The position numbers and the translations under genes were made by a program. Below the pieces are notes generated by a model. The model did not search any database. It saw nothing but the letters and a program-made list of their open reading frames with translations, and was not told where the DNA came from. A stretch of 63,599 nucleotides of DNA, counting the filler, from Nemertoderma westbladi (taxonomy: Eukaryota; Animalia; Xenacoelomorpha): assembly GCA_032718475.1 (NCBI GenBank). It is 3 parts of 3 records of this genome, joined end to end, with 100 filler letters (N's around TTAATTAATTAA, not from the genome) between each part and the next. Parts side by side here need not be neighbours in the genome. Positions count along the whole stretch, not along the records: positions 1 to 30,859 come from JAUCBJ010005566.1; 2 more parts are not named here. One strand, 5' to 3'. Shown here piece after piece: positions 1-10,586 of the stretch (the stretch's first letter is position 1; every line of letters begins with the position of its first letter).

Positions 1-1
1 T

Positions 2-1084
2 GATGGCTTTATTAAAACGCGATTGGTGCACTGGAATCTCGACGTGTTATTCGAGGAAGAAAGAATAAAACGATATGGCGATGTGGAAACCTATACTACA
101 CAATGCTTAAAGTATGGAGATTTACCCAATGCTAACGAGTGCGCTACTTTGTGGCATCCAGTGGGAATGACTCTCGAAAACGCCACTAAAGAATGGAACG
201 AGACTCTTAACGTTATCGAGATGTATGGCGTTGTTACTTACGACAACGAAGGTAGCGTTCCGGTGGGAGAATTAGGAACTACGCGAATGATACATATACG
301 AGGACTCGCTGGTTCTACCCACGTATTCACTCGAGCGTGTTCTGACGTGATTGATTATTCTTTTGAAACTCTTACGGAGATACAAAAGAAACTTCGACAT
401 GGACAATTCGAACTCGCGCAGCGTTACGTCACCGACACCGAACGCAAACCGGCCATGGGTATCGATGGATCAATGTTACCCCAACCTGTACTCGCAATGT
501 TGTTTAACGAAAGAATTCTAAAAATCGGCTCAGCTGTTTATGGAGATCTCCAAAACGACTTCCGGAATATGGAGAACATTCCATACCCTTTCGTTGATAC
601 TCAGCTGATTGCTCCTTGGGCCGAAGGCCGAGGTTTCTTTCGCACTATGTATGCCAATACACCCAGCGGCATTACTAAAGTACAACGGACATCCAGCGGA
701 CATCTTGCCTTTCAAGAATATGGTTGGAATTTCAAAGTTGGAAATCCTATAAATTACCAGCAAGTATATGGAGATCATTACTCTCGTTTATATTTTGATG
801 GACCATTAACTGCGCCTGGTGCCGTATATAGCTTTATGAGTGTTCCCCTTCGCCCTTCCTTAGCTATATACACGATCTTTGAAAACGCAGCACTTACCGG
901 TTGGCTGGCCGATGTGTGCAGTCGTACCATACGCGCTCACCCGTTAATACTTGGAACTAAACTCGCCAAGTTAGACGAACACAATAAGTTCATACGTTTC
1001 GAATGTTTCCGGCGCTTTCTGACTCCGTTCCGTAACGTCGATAGTCAGTTCAAGGATCGCGCGCTGACCAAGCTCAGTCTTTGA
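2..1084 (+). CDS. 5'-truncated ORF with a DEDDy/WRN-exo-like 3'-5' exonuclease domain; probably an accessory ORF of an LTR retroelement
   Basis: The frame is open from base 2. It contains an ExoI-like VVTYDNEG, an ExoII-like LPQPVLAMLFNERILKIGSAVYGDL followed by FVDTQLIA, and a possible ExoIII-like YTIFE. Confidence 0.6.
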   Translation, partial: DGFIKTRLVHWNLDVLFEEERIKRYGDVETYTTQCLKYGDLPNANECATLWHPVGMTLENATKEWNETLNVIEMYGVVTYDNEGSVPVGELGTTRMIHIRGLAGSTHVFTRACSDVIDYSFETLTEIQKKLRHGQFELAQRYVTDTERKPAMGIDGSMLPQPVLAMLFNERILKIGSAVYGDLQNDFRNMENIPYPFVDTQLIAPWAEGRGFFRTMYANTPSGITKVQRTSSGHLAFQEYGWNFKVGNPINYQQVYGDHYSRLYFDGPLTAPGAVYSFMSVPLRPSLAIYTIFENAALTGWLADVCSRTIRAHPLILGTKLAKLDEHNKFIRFECFRRFLTPFRNVDSQFKDRALTKLSL

Positions 1085-2344
1085 GACTCAGCTGCGGAGA
1101 AACTGAGTAGCGCTGGATTTGCCGTCTTTCAAGACGTTTGTATACAGAACCTACATTCATCCGTTATACAAAGACCCCGAATATCTACAGGTTATTCTGT
1201 CGTGGAAATACAGACAGTGGGTCCACTTACGGAAACCGACGCACCCACTTCGTCTATGCAGCTGGAGGATGAACCAGTATGCTTGGAATCAGAAGCGATT
1301 CAACCTACGGCTTCCCGGAGCAGTGACAATGATTATGTCATAGATTGGTATCAAGGTCCACAGCGTCTCACAGCGTACGATTATCGACACGCCAACTACG
1401 TTTCCCGAAAACGTTGTCGATTATGCGCATCGAGAGACCACTACACTCCTCTAGACTCGAGCGTACCTTGTTCCTATTTCCTCGAACAACCGATGATGGA
1501 AATATATTGTGCTTATTGCCGGCTTAATAACTCTCATATATTTGCCGTCTGCCCACAATTTATGACTCAATGTCACTACTGCCAACTTAAAGGACACGAA
1601 AGTTACAATTGTCCCTTTAATCGCGATTTAGAGAGCGTAGACGAGATGATCACCCTGCGATACATCCGAGCTTGGGAAGCGAACGCCGATTTACATTGCG
1701 AATCCCGACATCGCTATTACCCTGGACGAGCTTACGAGGGAGTTTACGCGTTCCATCCTTACCTATTCGCGTCGATTGAACAGAAAACACGCGTACCAAG
1801 TTACGAGTTAATAAAGTGTGTTGGTGAGTGTATTTCCACCAAGTTTGTCAGGAAATACCTTAGAAACGTTAACCCCAATGATATAACCACATATCACCTG
1901 ATCAATTTTATCCGTCAGGACCCTGAGTATGGCGACATTTTCGTGAACTCGCATCCTGAACTCCAGGAAGTATCTCGGCGCCCATATGAATATCGAACCC
2001 GAGAACGCGAGCTGGAGAGAACCATTAAACCGAGAAAGTTCCTCACCACTCACGGTCCACCCACCGCTAGTGTCCAGACGACCCGTCAAGGACCCGTAGG
2101 AGCTGCTGTCCTGAGACGCGCTCTAAAGGCCGTTAGACCTCACTCCACTGAGGTTGATATTAATCAACCAGGTACTTCGACCGGCGGGTATACCGATCGT
2201 AACCCTGCACCTTCTGATGCAATTATATTGCACCCTTCGCCTAGGAGCTACAGCCCTCCTCGTAAAGTGGCTCGCCCCAAAGAGAAAAGGTCTCTTGCTA
2301 GCCTTAAGAAACTGCGTAAACGCCGTCCGCGCAAGAAAGACTAA
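1085..2344 (+). CDS. CCHC zinc-knuckle protein with a basic C-terminal tail, in frame with the upstream exonuclease ORF
   Basis: Knuckles CRLCASRDH..C, CAYCRLNNSHIFAVC and CHYCQLKGHESYNC (the last is canonical CX2CX4HX4C); tail LKKLRKRRPRKKD. There is no stop codon between the TGA at 1082-1084 and the annotated start at 1202. Confidence 0.7.
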   Translation, partial: DSAAEKLSSAGFAVFQDVCIQNLHSSVIQRPRISTGYSVVEIQTVGPLTETDAPTSSMQLEDEPVCLESEAIQPTASRSSDNDYVIDWYQGPQRLTAYDYRHANYVSRKRCRLCASRDHYTPLDSSVPCSYFLEQPMMEIYCAYCRLNNSHIFAVCPQFMTQCHYCQLKGHESYNCPFNRDLESVDEMITLRYIRAWEANADLHCESRHRYYPGRAYEGVYAFHPYLFASIEQKTRVPSYELIKCVGECISTKFVRKYLRNVNPNDITTYHLINFIRQDPEYGDIFVNSHPELQEVSRRPYEYRTRERELERTIKPRKFLTTHGPPTASVQTTRQGPVGAAVLRRALKAVRPHSTEVDINQPGTSTGGYTDRNPAPSDAIILHPSPRSYSPPRKVARPKEKRSLASLKKLRKRRPRKKD

Positions 2345-2422
2345 CTGTTTAGAGTATTTTTATATTTTAGAAACTGTGATTTTGTATATTTTATAGACTT
2401 AAATCCCATTTTCTGGGAGCGG

Positions 2423-2839
2423 TGTAAAAGCTTTTGTGGGATAACTGATTCGTTTGCCTTGTTGGCCAGTTCCCCCCCAGTCGCTAGAATACTCTCTAAA
2501 GGGATCTATAGCTAAAAATAGTGCAAGTTACCAGCTTATTGGCTGATTTGCTGTACGCAGGCATCCGGGCTCTGTTTAATCGGCCAACAAGCCTAGGGAG
2601 GTTGCGTCATAGCCTTGTTTTTGTATCTCCCAATAGAATTTGAGTTAGCCTTGATTTTGACCTATCACAGAGCTACTGAACTGAAATTTTCCTATCTCAC
2701 TGCTCTTTCTCTGTGTTGAACGGGAGCTTCGTGGAATAAGGGAGTTGGTATCCTCGTGTAGAGCAGTAGTCACGAGTTTTTCAAAGCCACGAAAGAACGG
2801 CTTTTTAGTGTTTTGTGCTTTCTGCTTTTTAGCTCAACA
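2423..2839 (+). mobile_element. Putative 3' LTR of the exonuclease/zinc-knuckle element
   Basis: A purine-rich GGGAGCGG (PPT-like) lies directly before TGTA, about 80 bp after the ORF stop; candidate end ...CTCAACA. No partner LTR is in the window. Confidence 0.4.
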
Positions 2840-3106
2840 CTAGTAGGTTTAATCATAAGGACATATATCCTTTAACTGACTGATTGCCAAAACAAACAAA
2901 CTGGCTTTTAATCACTTGAACAACTGCTGCTAAAATTACCTGCTCAATCAATACCGTATACTGCTATTTGTTGTCGGTTATTCATTATATTTGTTGATGA
3001 ATTATTATATTGGAATAACGAGAAATAACCCCGGCACCCAATATTCTTGATATACCGAAGGTAAGAGAGAAAGGTTACCAATAACGATTGTGACTTATGT
3101 TAAAGT

Positions 3107-3623
3107 GGTTTGAAGTGAATCTAATGTTATTTGATAGACCCTACATGAGTCAGTCTGTGTTCCTTTTATATGTGACTAAAATCAGTGAAGATTGGCAGAT
3201 TAGTGTGCAGTATTGTGCAGCATTGTGTACGAGTGAGTCTGTTAAAGAAGCATTTCCTAAAGAATGCGTCATATATGTGAATTATAATTAAGCCATATCG
3301 TTGTGAGTAGTTTAAGTCATAACTCTGTTTATATAAATAAAGCGCCACGTCCTAAAGGAACTGTTAATATTCCCGAAGGTGAATAATATTGTCAGAGATT
3401 ATATAATACTGTCAGTCGAATAATACATTAGGCTTACATAGCAATAAAATTAAACCGTCGAACCCAATCTCCCGGGAATATCCAGCGGGTGAATGGTCGC
3501 GCATAGATTGGTTTCGACTAGTGTAGTGAATCAAATACTTGTCATAGGCTAAAAGGCGATTTAATATCTAGAAGACATCTTAATTTGGCGGGTTAAACTG
3601 CCAAAGGTCTAAAAGCGCGAACA
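3107..3623 (+). repeat. Diverged dispersed repeat, an inverted copy of about 33232-33711 and 42589-43068
   Basis: Shared blocks include AGCGCCACGTCCTAAAGGAACTGTTAATAT, TTTGAAGTGAATCTAATG and AATTTGGCRGGTTAAACTG. Confidence 0.8.
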
Positions 3624-3930
3624 GGTGGGGCTCACCTCCTGATTACCCCCGGGCACCACTTAAGCTCTGCCCCCCCCCCCCCCCCCCCCCCTTAACGAAA
3701 AGCTGGACGCGCCCCTGCAGTACAGCATATTCATAGTACTTAAGATCGACTCTCCTGTACGCATATGAGGCATATTGTATGGTGAATCATACATTCATAC
3801 GCTGATAAATTGGCATCAAATACCAATAATATTTCATTAATTTGATTGAAAAGTGAAACAAAAATTATCGATATATCTAATGACCAATTTATTTTCACCA
3901 ATCGTTGAAATCTTCCAATTCTGTTATCGG

Positions 3931-6082
3931 TGAGGAAGAAGTGCTGTATCAGGGAGATATGCGCATCTGATACTTAGGAAGAAGTGCTGTATCAGGGAGA
4001 TATGCGCATCTGATACAGGAAGAAGTGCTGCATCAGGACGATATGCGCATCTGATAGAAGTGCTGTATCAGGGAGATATGCGCATCTGATAGAAGTGCTG
4101 TATCAGGGAGATATGCGCATCTGATAGAAGTGCTGTATCAGGGAGATATGCGCATCTGATAGAAGTGCTGTATCAGGGAGATATGCGCATCTGATAGAAG
4201 TGCTGTATCAGGGAGATATGCGCATCTGATAGAAGTGCTGTATCAGGGAGATATGCGCATCTGATAGAAGTGCTGTATCAGGGAGATATGCGCATCTGAT
4301 AGAAGTGCTGTATCAGGGAGATATGCGCATCTGATACTGTGAGGAAGAAGTGCTGTATCAGGGAGATATGCGCATCTGATACAGGAAGAAGTGCTGTATC
4401 AGGACGATATGCGCATCTGATAGAAGTGCTGTATCAGGGAGATATGCGCATCTGATAGAAGTGCTGTATCAGGGAGATATGCGCATCTGATAGAAGTGCT
4501 GTATCAGGGAGATATGCGCATCTGATAGAAGTGCTGTATCAGGGAGATATGCGCATCTGATACTGTGAGGAAGAAGTGCTGTATCAGGGAGATATGCGCA
4601 TCTGATACAGGAAGAAGTGCTGTATCAGGACGATATGCGCATCTGATAGAAGTGCTGTATCAGGGAGATATGCGCATCTGATAGAAGTGCTGTATCAGGG
4701 AGATATGCGCATCTGATAGAAGTGCTGTATCAGGGAGATATGCGCATCTGATACTGTGAGGAAGAAGTGCTGTATCAGGGAGATATGCGCATCTGATACA
4801 GGAAGAAGTGCTGTATCAGGGAGATATGCGCATCTGATACTTAGGAAGAAGTGCTGTATCAGGGAGATATGCGCATCTGATACAGGAAGAAGTGCTGTAT
4901 CAGGGCGATATGCGCATCTGATACAGGAAGAAGTGCTGTATCAGGGCGATATGCGCATCTGATACAGGAAGAAGTGCTGTATCAGGGAGATATGCGCATC
5001 TGATACTTAGGAAGAAGTGCTGTATCAGGGAGATATGCGCATCTGATACTTAGGAAGAAGTGCTGTATCAGGGGGATATGCGCATCTGATACTGAGGAAG
5101 AAGTGCTGTATCAGGGAGATATGCGCATCTGATACAGGAAGAAGTGCTGTATCAGGACGATATGCGCATCTGATAGAAGTGCTGTATCAGGGAGATATGC
5201 GCATCTGATAGAAGTGCTGTATCAGGGAGATACGCGCATCTGATACTGTGAGGAAGAAGTGCTGTATCAGGGAGATATGCGCATCTGATACAGGAAGAAG
5301 TGCTGTATCAGGGAGATATGCGCATCTGATACTTAGGAAGAAGTGCTGTATCAGGGAGATATGCGCATCTGATACAGGAAGAAGTGCTGTATCAGGACGA
5401 TATGCGCATCTGATAGAAGTGCTGTATCAGGGAGATATGCGCATCTGATAGAAGTGCTGTATCAGGGAGATATGCGCATCTGATAGAAGTGCTGTATCAG
5501 GGAGATATGCGCATCTGATACTTAGGAAGAAGTGCTGTATCAGGGAGATATGCGCATCTGATACAGGAAGAAGTGCTGTATCAGGACGATATGCGCATCT
5601 GATAGAAGTGCTGTATCAGGGAGATATGCGCATCTGATAGAAGTGCTGTATCAGGGAGATATGCGCATCTGATACAGGAAGAAGTGCTGTATCAGGACGA
5701 TATGCGCATCTGATAGAAGTGCTGTATCAGGGAGATATGCGCATCTGATAGAAGTGCTGTATCAGGGAGATATGCGCATCTGATAGAAGTGCTGTATCAG
5801 GGAGATATGCGCATCTGATAGAAGTGCTGTATCAGGGAGATATGCGCATCTGATAGAAGTGCTGTATCAGGGAGATATGCGCATCTGATACTGTGAGGAA
5901 GAAGTGCTGTATCAGGGAGATATGCGCATCTGATACAGGAAGAAGTGCTGTATCAGGACGATATGCGCATCTGATAGAAGTGCTGTATCAGGGAGATATG
6001 CGCATCTGATAGAAGTGCTGTATCAGGGAGATATGCGCATCTGATAGAAGTGCTGTATCAGGGAGATATGCGCATCTGATAC
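3931..6082. repeat. 35-bp minisatellite with longer variants of about 41-45 bp
   Basis: Unit AGAAGTGCTGTATCAGGGAGATATGCGCATCTGAT, arranged head-to-tail with no unique spacers. Confidence 0.97.
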
Positions 6083-6695
6083 GGCAATTCCAAACACAAC
6101 AATGTCTGATTTCAGACGGATCTAAATGTCAAATCATTTAAAGTCCATCATAAAATATAGTAGATACGTACATACGTACTGTAGATATAACCAAAGTCAA
6201 CAAGAAACATCAAATCTGTGATAGCTGTCATTAATTCCAAAGTTCAACAAATCGATTCACATCCTTGTTCTTGGATATTATTAAAAATATATTTATACTC
6301 TGTAAATGAAACTCTACCATATTGTATTAATAGCGTTTACTAAATTAACATTGTAACACGTTCGCTAAGTGATATAAAGGTCCCCTTAGACAATAATACC
6401 TTCATGAATTGGTGTTATATTTGTTAATGTTTTTACAAATGAATAAGTAAAACGATCTATCTAAGTTTGTCTGAAATGTACCGAGCTCCTAAAGGAACAT
6501 GATATTTCCGGAAACGAGCGCATGTGTTGTACACGTGCGACCACGTGTTGGAGAACACGTGTTAGAAAATATTTTTTCGTCTTCAAAAATCATGACCCTT
6601 TATGGGCTCCGTATAGTTATGGGAGTATTTTTTATTAACAAAGTTAAAACGCAAACAAATTCAATAAATTTATGAAACCATTAGAATAGTCCAAT

Positions 6696-7772
6696 ATGGA
6701 TGTTATACCCGTTGATGAGTTGAAGTCGTTTATACAAAGGTGTATGGAACAAGTTGGAACGAAGGCGACACATGCCGAAGTGCTAGCCAATGTACTTGTA
6801 GATGCAGACAAAAGGGGCCACTATAGTCAGGGGTTAAACAGATTACTAATGTATATTGTTGACGTTAAATCAGGAACCACTACAAAGTCTGGTATTCCTA
6901 TAGTCTTAAAGGAAACTTTGGCAACAGCTTGGGTCGATGGGGCCAATCTCTTGGGTCCCGTTGTGGGTCACTACTGCATGGATTTAGCAATAACTAAAGC
7001 GAAACGTGCGGGAGTGGGTTGGGTGTGCGCCAAAGCATCCAATCACTACGGAATGGCCAGTCACTACAGCATGATGGCGTTGAAACACGGGATGTTGGGA
7101 ATGTCCTTCACTAATTCTTTGCCGACAGTGGTGCCCACTAGGAGTAGATCCAGGCTTCTGGGTAGCAACCCACTAACAATAGCGGCCCCAGCAACCAATG
7201 GAGATTCCTTTGTGTTGGACATGACGACATCTAGTGTCGATATCGCGAAAGTGGAAAAATCGCACATGAATCGAGAACCTATTCCGCTAGGATGGGGGGT
7301 CAATGAGTTCGGTGAACCGACCACGGAACCTGATGAGGTCTTAACCGGTGGAGGTTTGTCTCCTTTGGGAGGGGATGAAACCACTGGCGGTCACAAGGGG
7401 TACGGTTTGGCCTCGGCCGTAGAGGTATTTTGTGGGATTCTTTCCGGCAGTGACTTCGGACCGGCGATCGGGAATTTAGAGGAAAAGAAGACCGCAGCTA
7501 ATCTGGGGCAGTGTTTCGTTGCGATCAACCCTAACGTCTTCGCTGGCGGATTCGAAGACAGAATGAGCAACTTGATGGGCCAGTGCCGCGATTCAATGCC
7601 CGCAATCGGTGAGGCCAAGGTTCTCTTTGCTGGAGATAAGGAGAGAGATCACGAGAAACTAGTTGTGGAGAAGGGCGGGATACCCTATGAGGTCAAACAG
7701 ATTGACGACATGTATCAGGTCGCTAAGAACTTAGGAGTAACTCCTGCAAAAGTTATTAGACCAGTAAACTAA
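6696..7772 (+). CDS. Ldh_2-family (malate/L-lactate/L-sulfolactate dehydrogenase type 2) oxidoreductase, intronless
   Basis: Motifs ADKRGHYSQG, WVDGANLLGPVVG, SNHYG, GMSFTN, GSNP, FVLDM, PLGG..GGHKGYGL and NLGQCFVAINP. Confidence 0.93.
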   Translation: MDVIPVDELKSFIQRCMEQVGTKATHAEVLANVLVDADKRGHYSQGLNRLLMYIVDVKSGTTTKSGIPIVLKETLATAWVDGANLLGPVVGHYCMDLAITKAKRAGVGWVCAKASNHYGMASHYSMMALKHGMLGMSFTNSLPTVVPTRSRSRLLGSNPLTIAAPATNGDSFVLDMTTSSVDIAKVEKSHMNREPIPLGWGVNEFGEPTTEPDEVLTGGGLSPLGGDETTGGHKGYGLASAVEVFCGILSGSDFGPAIGNLEEKKTAANLGQCFVAINPNVFAGGFEDRMSNLMGQCRDSMPAIGEAKVLFAGDKERDHEKLVVEKGGIPYEVKQIDDMYQVAKNLGVTPAKVIRPVN

Positions 7773-7963
7773 ATTGAATAAGATATAATCTAATTTAGAA
7801 GAAGCAATTAAAATTCTTGAAAAGGCTGCTAAATTGTGCTTGCTAATGCTTGCTAATACTCAAAACTTCAAGGTTTACTTAATTAAAAACCGGTAAGATT
7901 CCGCTGGATTATTAAGTTCTCGATAAACGAATCCATCATTCAGGGAAGATTTCATTGTGTTAA

Positions 7964-8125
7964 AATTATTAAAAAGGTGAAATTGGGGGTCGATATTCCC
8001 GTTAACAGTGATTTAATTTATTGCTTTACTTTTTTTATTTAATTTATTTTTTTTTACCGATAATTAGAATGAATTAAATTAACGGGAAGATCGACACCCA
8101 ATTTCTTCACCTTTAAATAATAATT
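7964..8125. mobile_element. Small foldback/MITE-like inverted repeat
   Basis: AAAGGTGAAATTGGGGGTCGATATTCCCGTTAA pairs imperfectly with TTAACGGGAAGATCGACACCCAATTTCTTCACCTTT. Confidence 0.6.
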
Positions 8126-9844
8126 CTTTCCACTTGCATGAGAGAAGATAATAAAGTAATGATTATTTTTCTTAATACATTTTTGGCTTTGGACTTATCT
8201 AATTACCCAATCACAGATTAACAGCACCGACCGATAGTCATGATTTGCTAAAAATCACATCACAGAAAGGCTATATACAGTATTAATATATGAAGGAAGG
8301 GTTTGCACGCACAGACATCCTGTCTGAGTACTGTAGTATGTGCTACCAATCTCCCCGAAAATAACTTTCTAGATGTGAATTATTTGAAATTTGAATTATT
8401 TACATTTTTATGATGGATGGTTCAACATCGAACGAAAATTAATTTCGAATGTTTGAAATTGCGGAAAATTAGAGGACGAAATTAATTTCTTGCTAGGGTA
8501 AGGATGTAGGGGCCTAACTGCACTCTTTACAAAATATTTTGAGATGAAGTGCCTTAATTACACCGAAATTGATTCAAACTAACAATTATTTATATCCATC
8601 TATATATTTTTGGCGGTCAATATAGAATATAGAATTCTTTCTTTAGTTTTGTGTATTACTGTTCATTGTGGGATGATGACCTTGACCTTCAAGTTTTATA
8701 CCGCATTCCAAATGCACATTTTTTGAAATACTGTAGGCCTACCATGTTGACAATGTTGTTTTGCTTTACAATAATGTTTTACTCAATGAACCAAGCAGTA
8801 CAAATATTGACCAACATCGGAACATATGTACTCACAATAAATGATATTAAGAGTTTCACAACCAATTCGAACGGTTTGATAAATTTTTAAAGTTTCTAAT
8901 AGGTTTAGAGTAAACGTAATTATTATATGTAAATTAATGTTTTTAATAATTCTACATGTTAATAATAACACTTTCGTGGGGCCTTCGCTTAGGACGACGT
9001 AAACACGCTTATCATACGGGTATCCAGGATTTCAACAGTTGCCTATAGCCGCCGTCTAGCAGGAGACGTGAGTACCGCTGAGTCCTCCGCGCAAATTATT
9101 TTTCTTAAGACTTTAGATTTTCTTTTTCAGCATTCATTTAAAGTTTATGTGCACCAAGTTTGGTACAGTATATATTCGTTGAAGATTGACTGAATTATTA
9201 GCCTTCAATCATTTGCAGATAAACAGACAGACAGACAGACAACGGTTGAAACAGCGGTACCGCGCGATAAACGTATGAAAAGTAAATTCGCTTACTTCGT
9301 CGCTCGCCACACATCTTATAATAAGTTTTCTTTACTATAACGTTTTGGGGAATATTTGAAGAGGAAAAGTTCGTATGCATTTTGGTCCTCTTATATTATT
9401 CGATGTTTGGTGTTTGGGTTTCAATTGATTCTATGTTTGATGAATGCAAATAACTTATAGTTTTATGTATTTACTACTGTAGCACTGTTACCGGTACTAC
9501 AGGTACTATGCCTGTAGCACCGGCTTATTTACAAATTTAAATATCGTTTATCTGAATTTCGTTCAAGAAATTGAGTGGAAAACATTGTTTTACGTTACGT
9601 TTTTATATCGAATATATTATTTTAATTGGAAAAAAACCTCCAGCGTTATCTTATATTATTATATTATTGGTACCGGTATTCTTATATTATTATATTATTG
9701 GTATTCTTATATTATTATATTATTGGTATTCTTATATTTTCTTGGCAGAAGCTCCGAAAATGTTGCGTTACTCTCCTCATAATAATTATCGAGCACATCA
9801 AATGGCCCAGATCGTCAAGAATGACATTACTATTAGGCCTGATA

Positions 9845-10550
9845 TGGAGGCCCATGGCTGCCACTATAAAATATTTATTGATAATTAATTGATAAAATAT
9901 TTAAATAATAAATAAGTGGAAAAAATATCTTGAAAAAAATCTCAGTAAAAAGTATCTTGAAAAAAAAATCCATAAAAAATAAATACTGTTAAAGAAAACA
10001 CCTGAAAAAAACACCCCACGTGGCCCAGGGCTGCCATCACCCCACAATCAGATAACAGTTGGCCCATGGCTGCCATTAAAAAAACTACAGTAATAGTAAA
10101 AAAAATAAAATAACCCCTCGTGGCCCGCCCAGGGCTGCCACTGCCCCCAGAATCAGCAATACTATTGACCCATGGCTGCCATTAATAAAACTAATAGTAA
10201 AAAATAAATAAATTACCCCCTCGTGGCCCAGGGCTGCCACTGCCACCAGAATCAGTAATACTGGCCCATGGCTGCCATTAAAAAAACTAATAGTAAAAAA
10301 AAAATAAATTACCCCCTCGTGGCCCAGGGCTGCCACTGCCACCAGAATCAGTAATACATTCTTTAACAGTATTTATATTATATGGAAATTTTTTCGTGAG
10401 TATTTTTTTACCCTTTTTTCCAAGATATTTTTTACTGAGATGTTTTTTAAGATATTTTTTTTAAATTATTTTTTTTCAAGATATTTTTTCCACTTATTTA
10501 TTATTTAAATATTTTATCAAGAGTTTTATAGTGGCAGCCATGGGCCACCA
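9845..10550. mobile_element. MITE/foldback element with long TIRs, TA flanks and internal tandem repeats of about 100 bp
   Basis: Ends are TA|TGGAGGCCCATGGCTGCCACTATAAAA and TTTTATAGTGGCAGCCATGGGCCACCA|TA. The inverted match extends through AAATAAGTGGAAAAAATATCTTG. Internal CGTGGCCCAGGGCTGCCA repeats are present. Confidence 0.85.
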
Positions 10551-10586
10551 TAGTACTGTCAGACTGTAGACCTACTGATACTGCAT

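Noticed and set aside
3931-6082. CRISPR-like array (35-bp palindromic repeat)
   Set aside because: There are no unique spacers (units abut or have recurring 6-10-nt linkers), no cas genes, and the context is eukaryotic.
6696-7772. Bacterial contamination or recent horizontal transfer of the intronless dehydrogenase
   Set aside because: The motif pattern resembles the animal Ldh_2 subgroup as I recall it, the neighbouring clearly eukaryotic genes are also intronless, and there is no operon context. A phylogeny would settle it.
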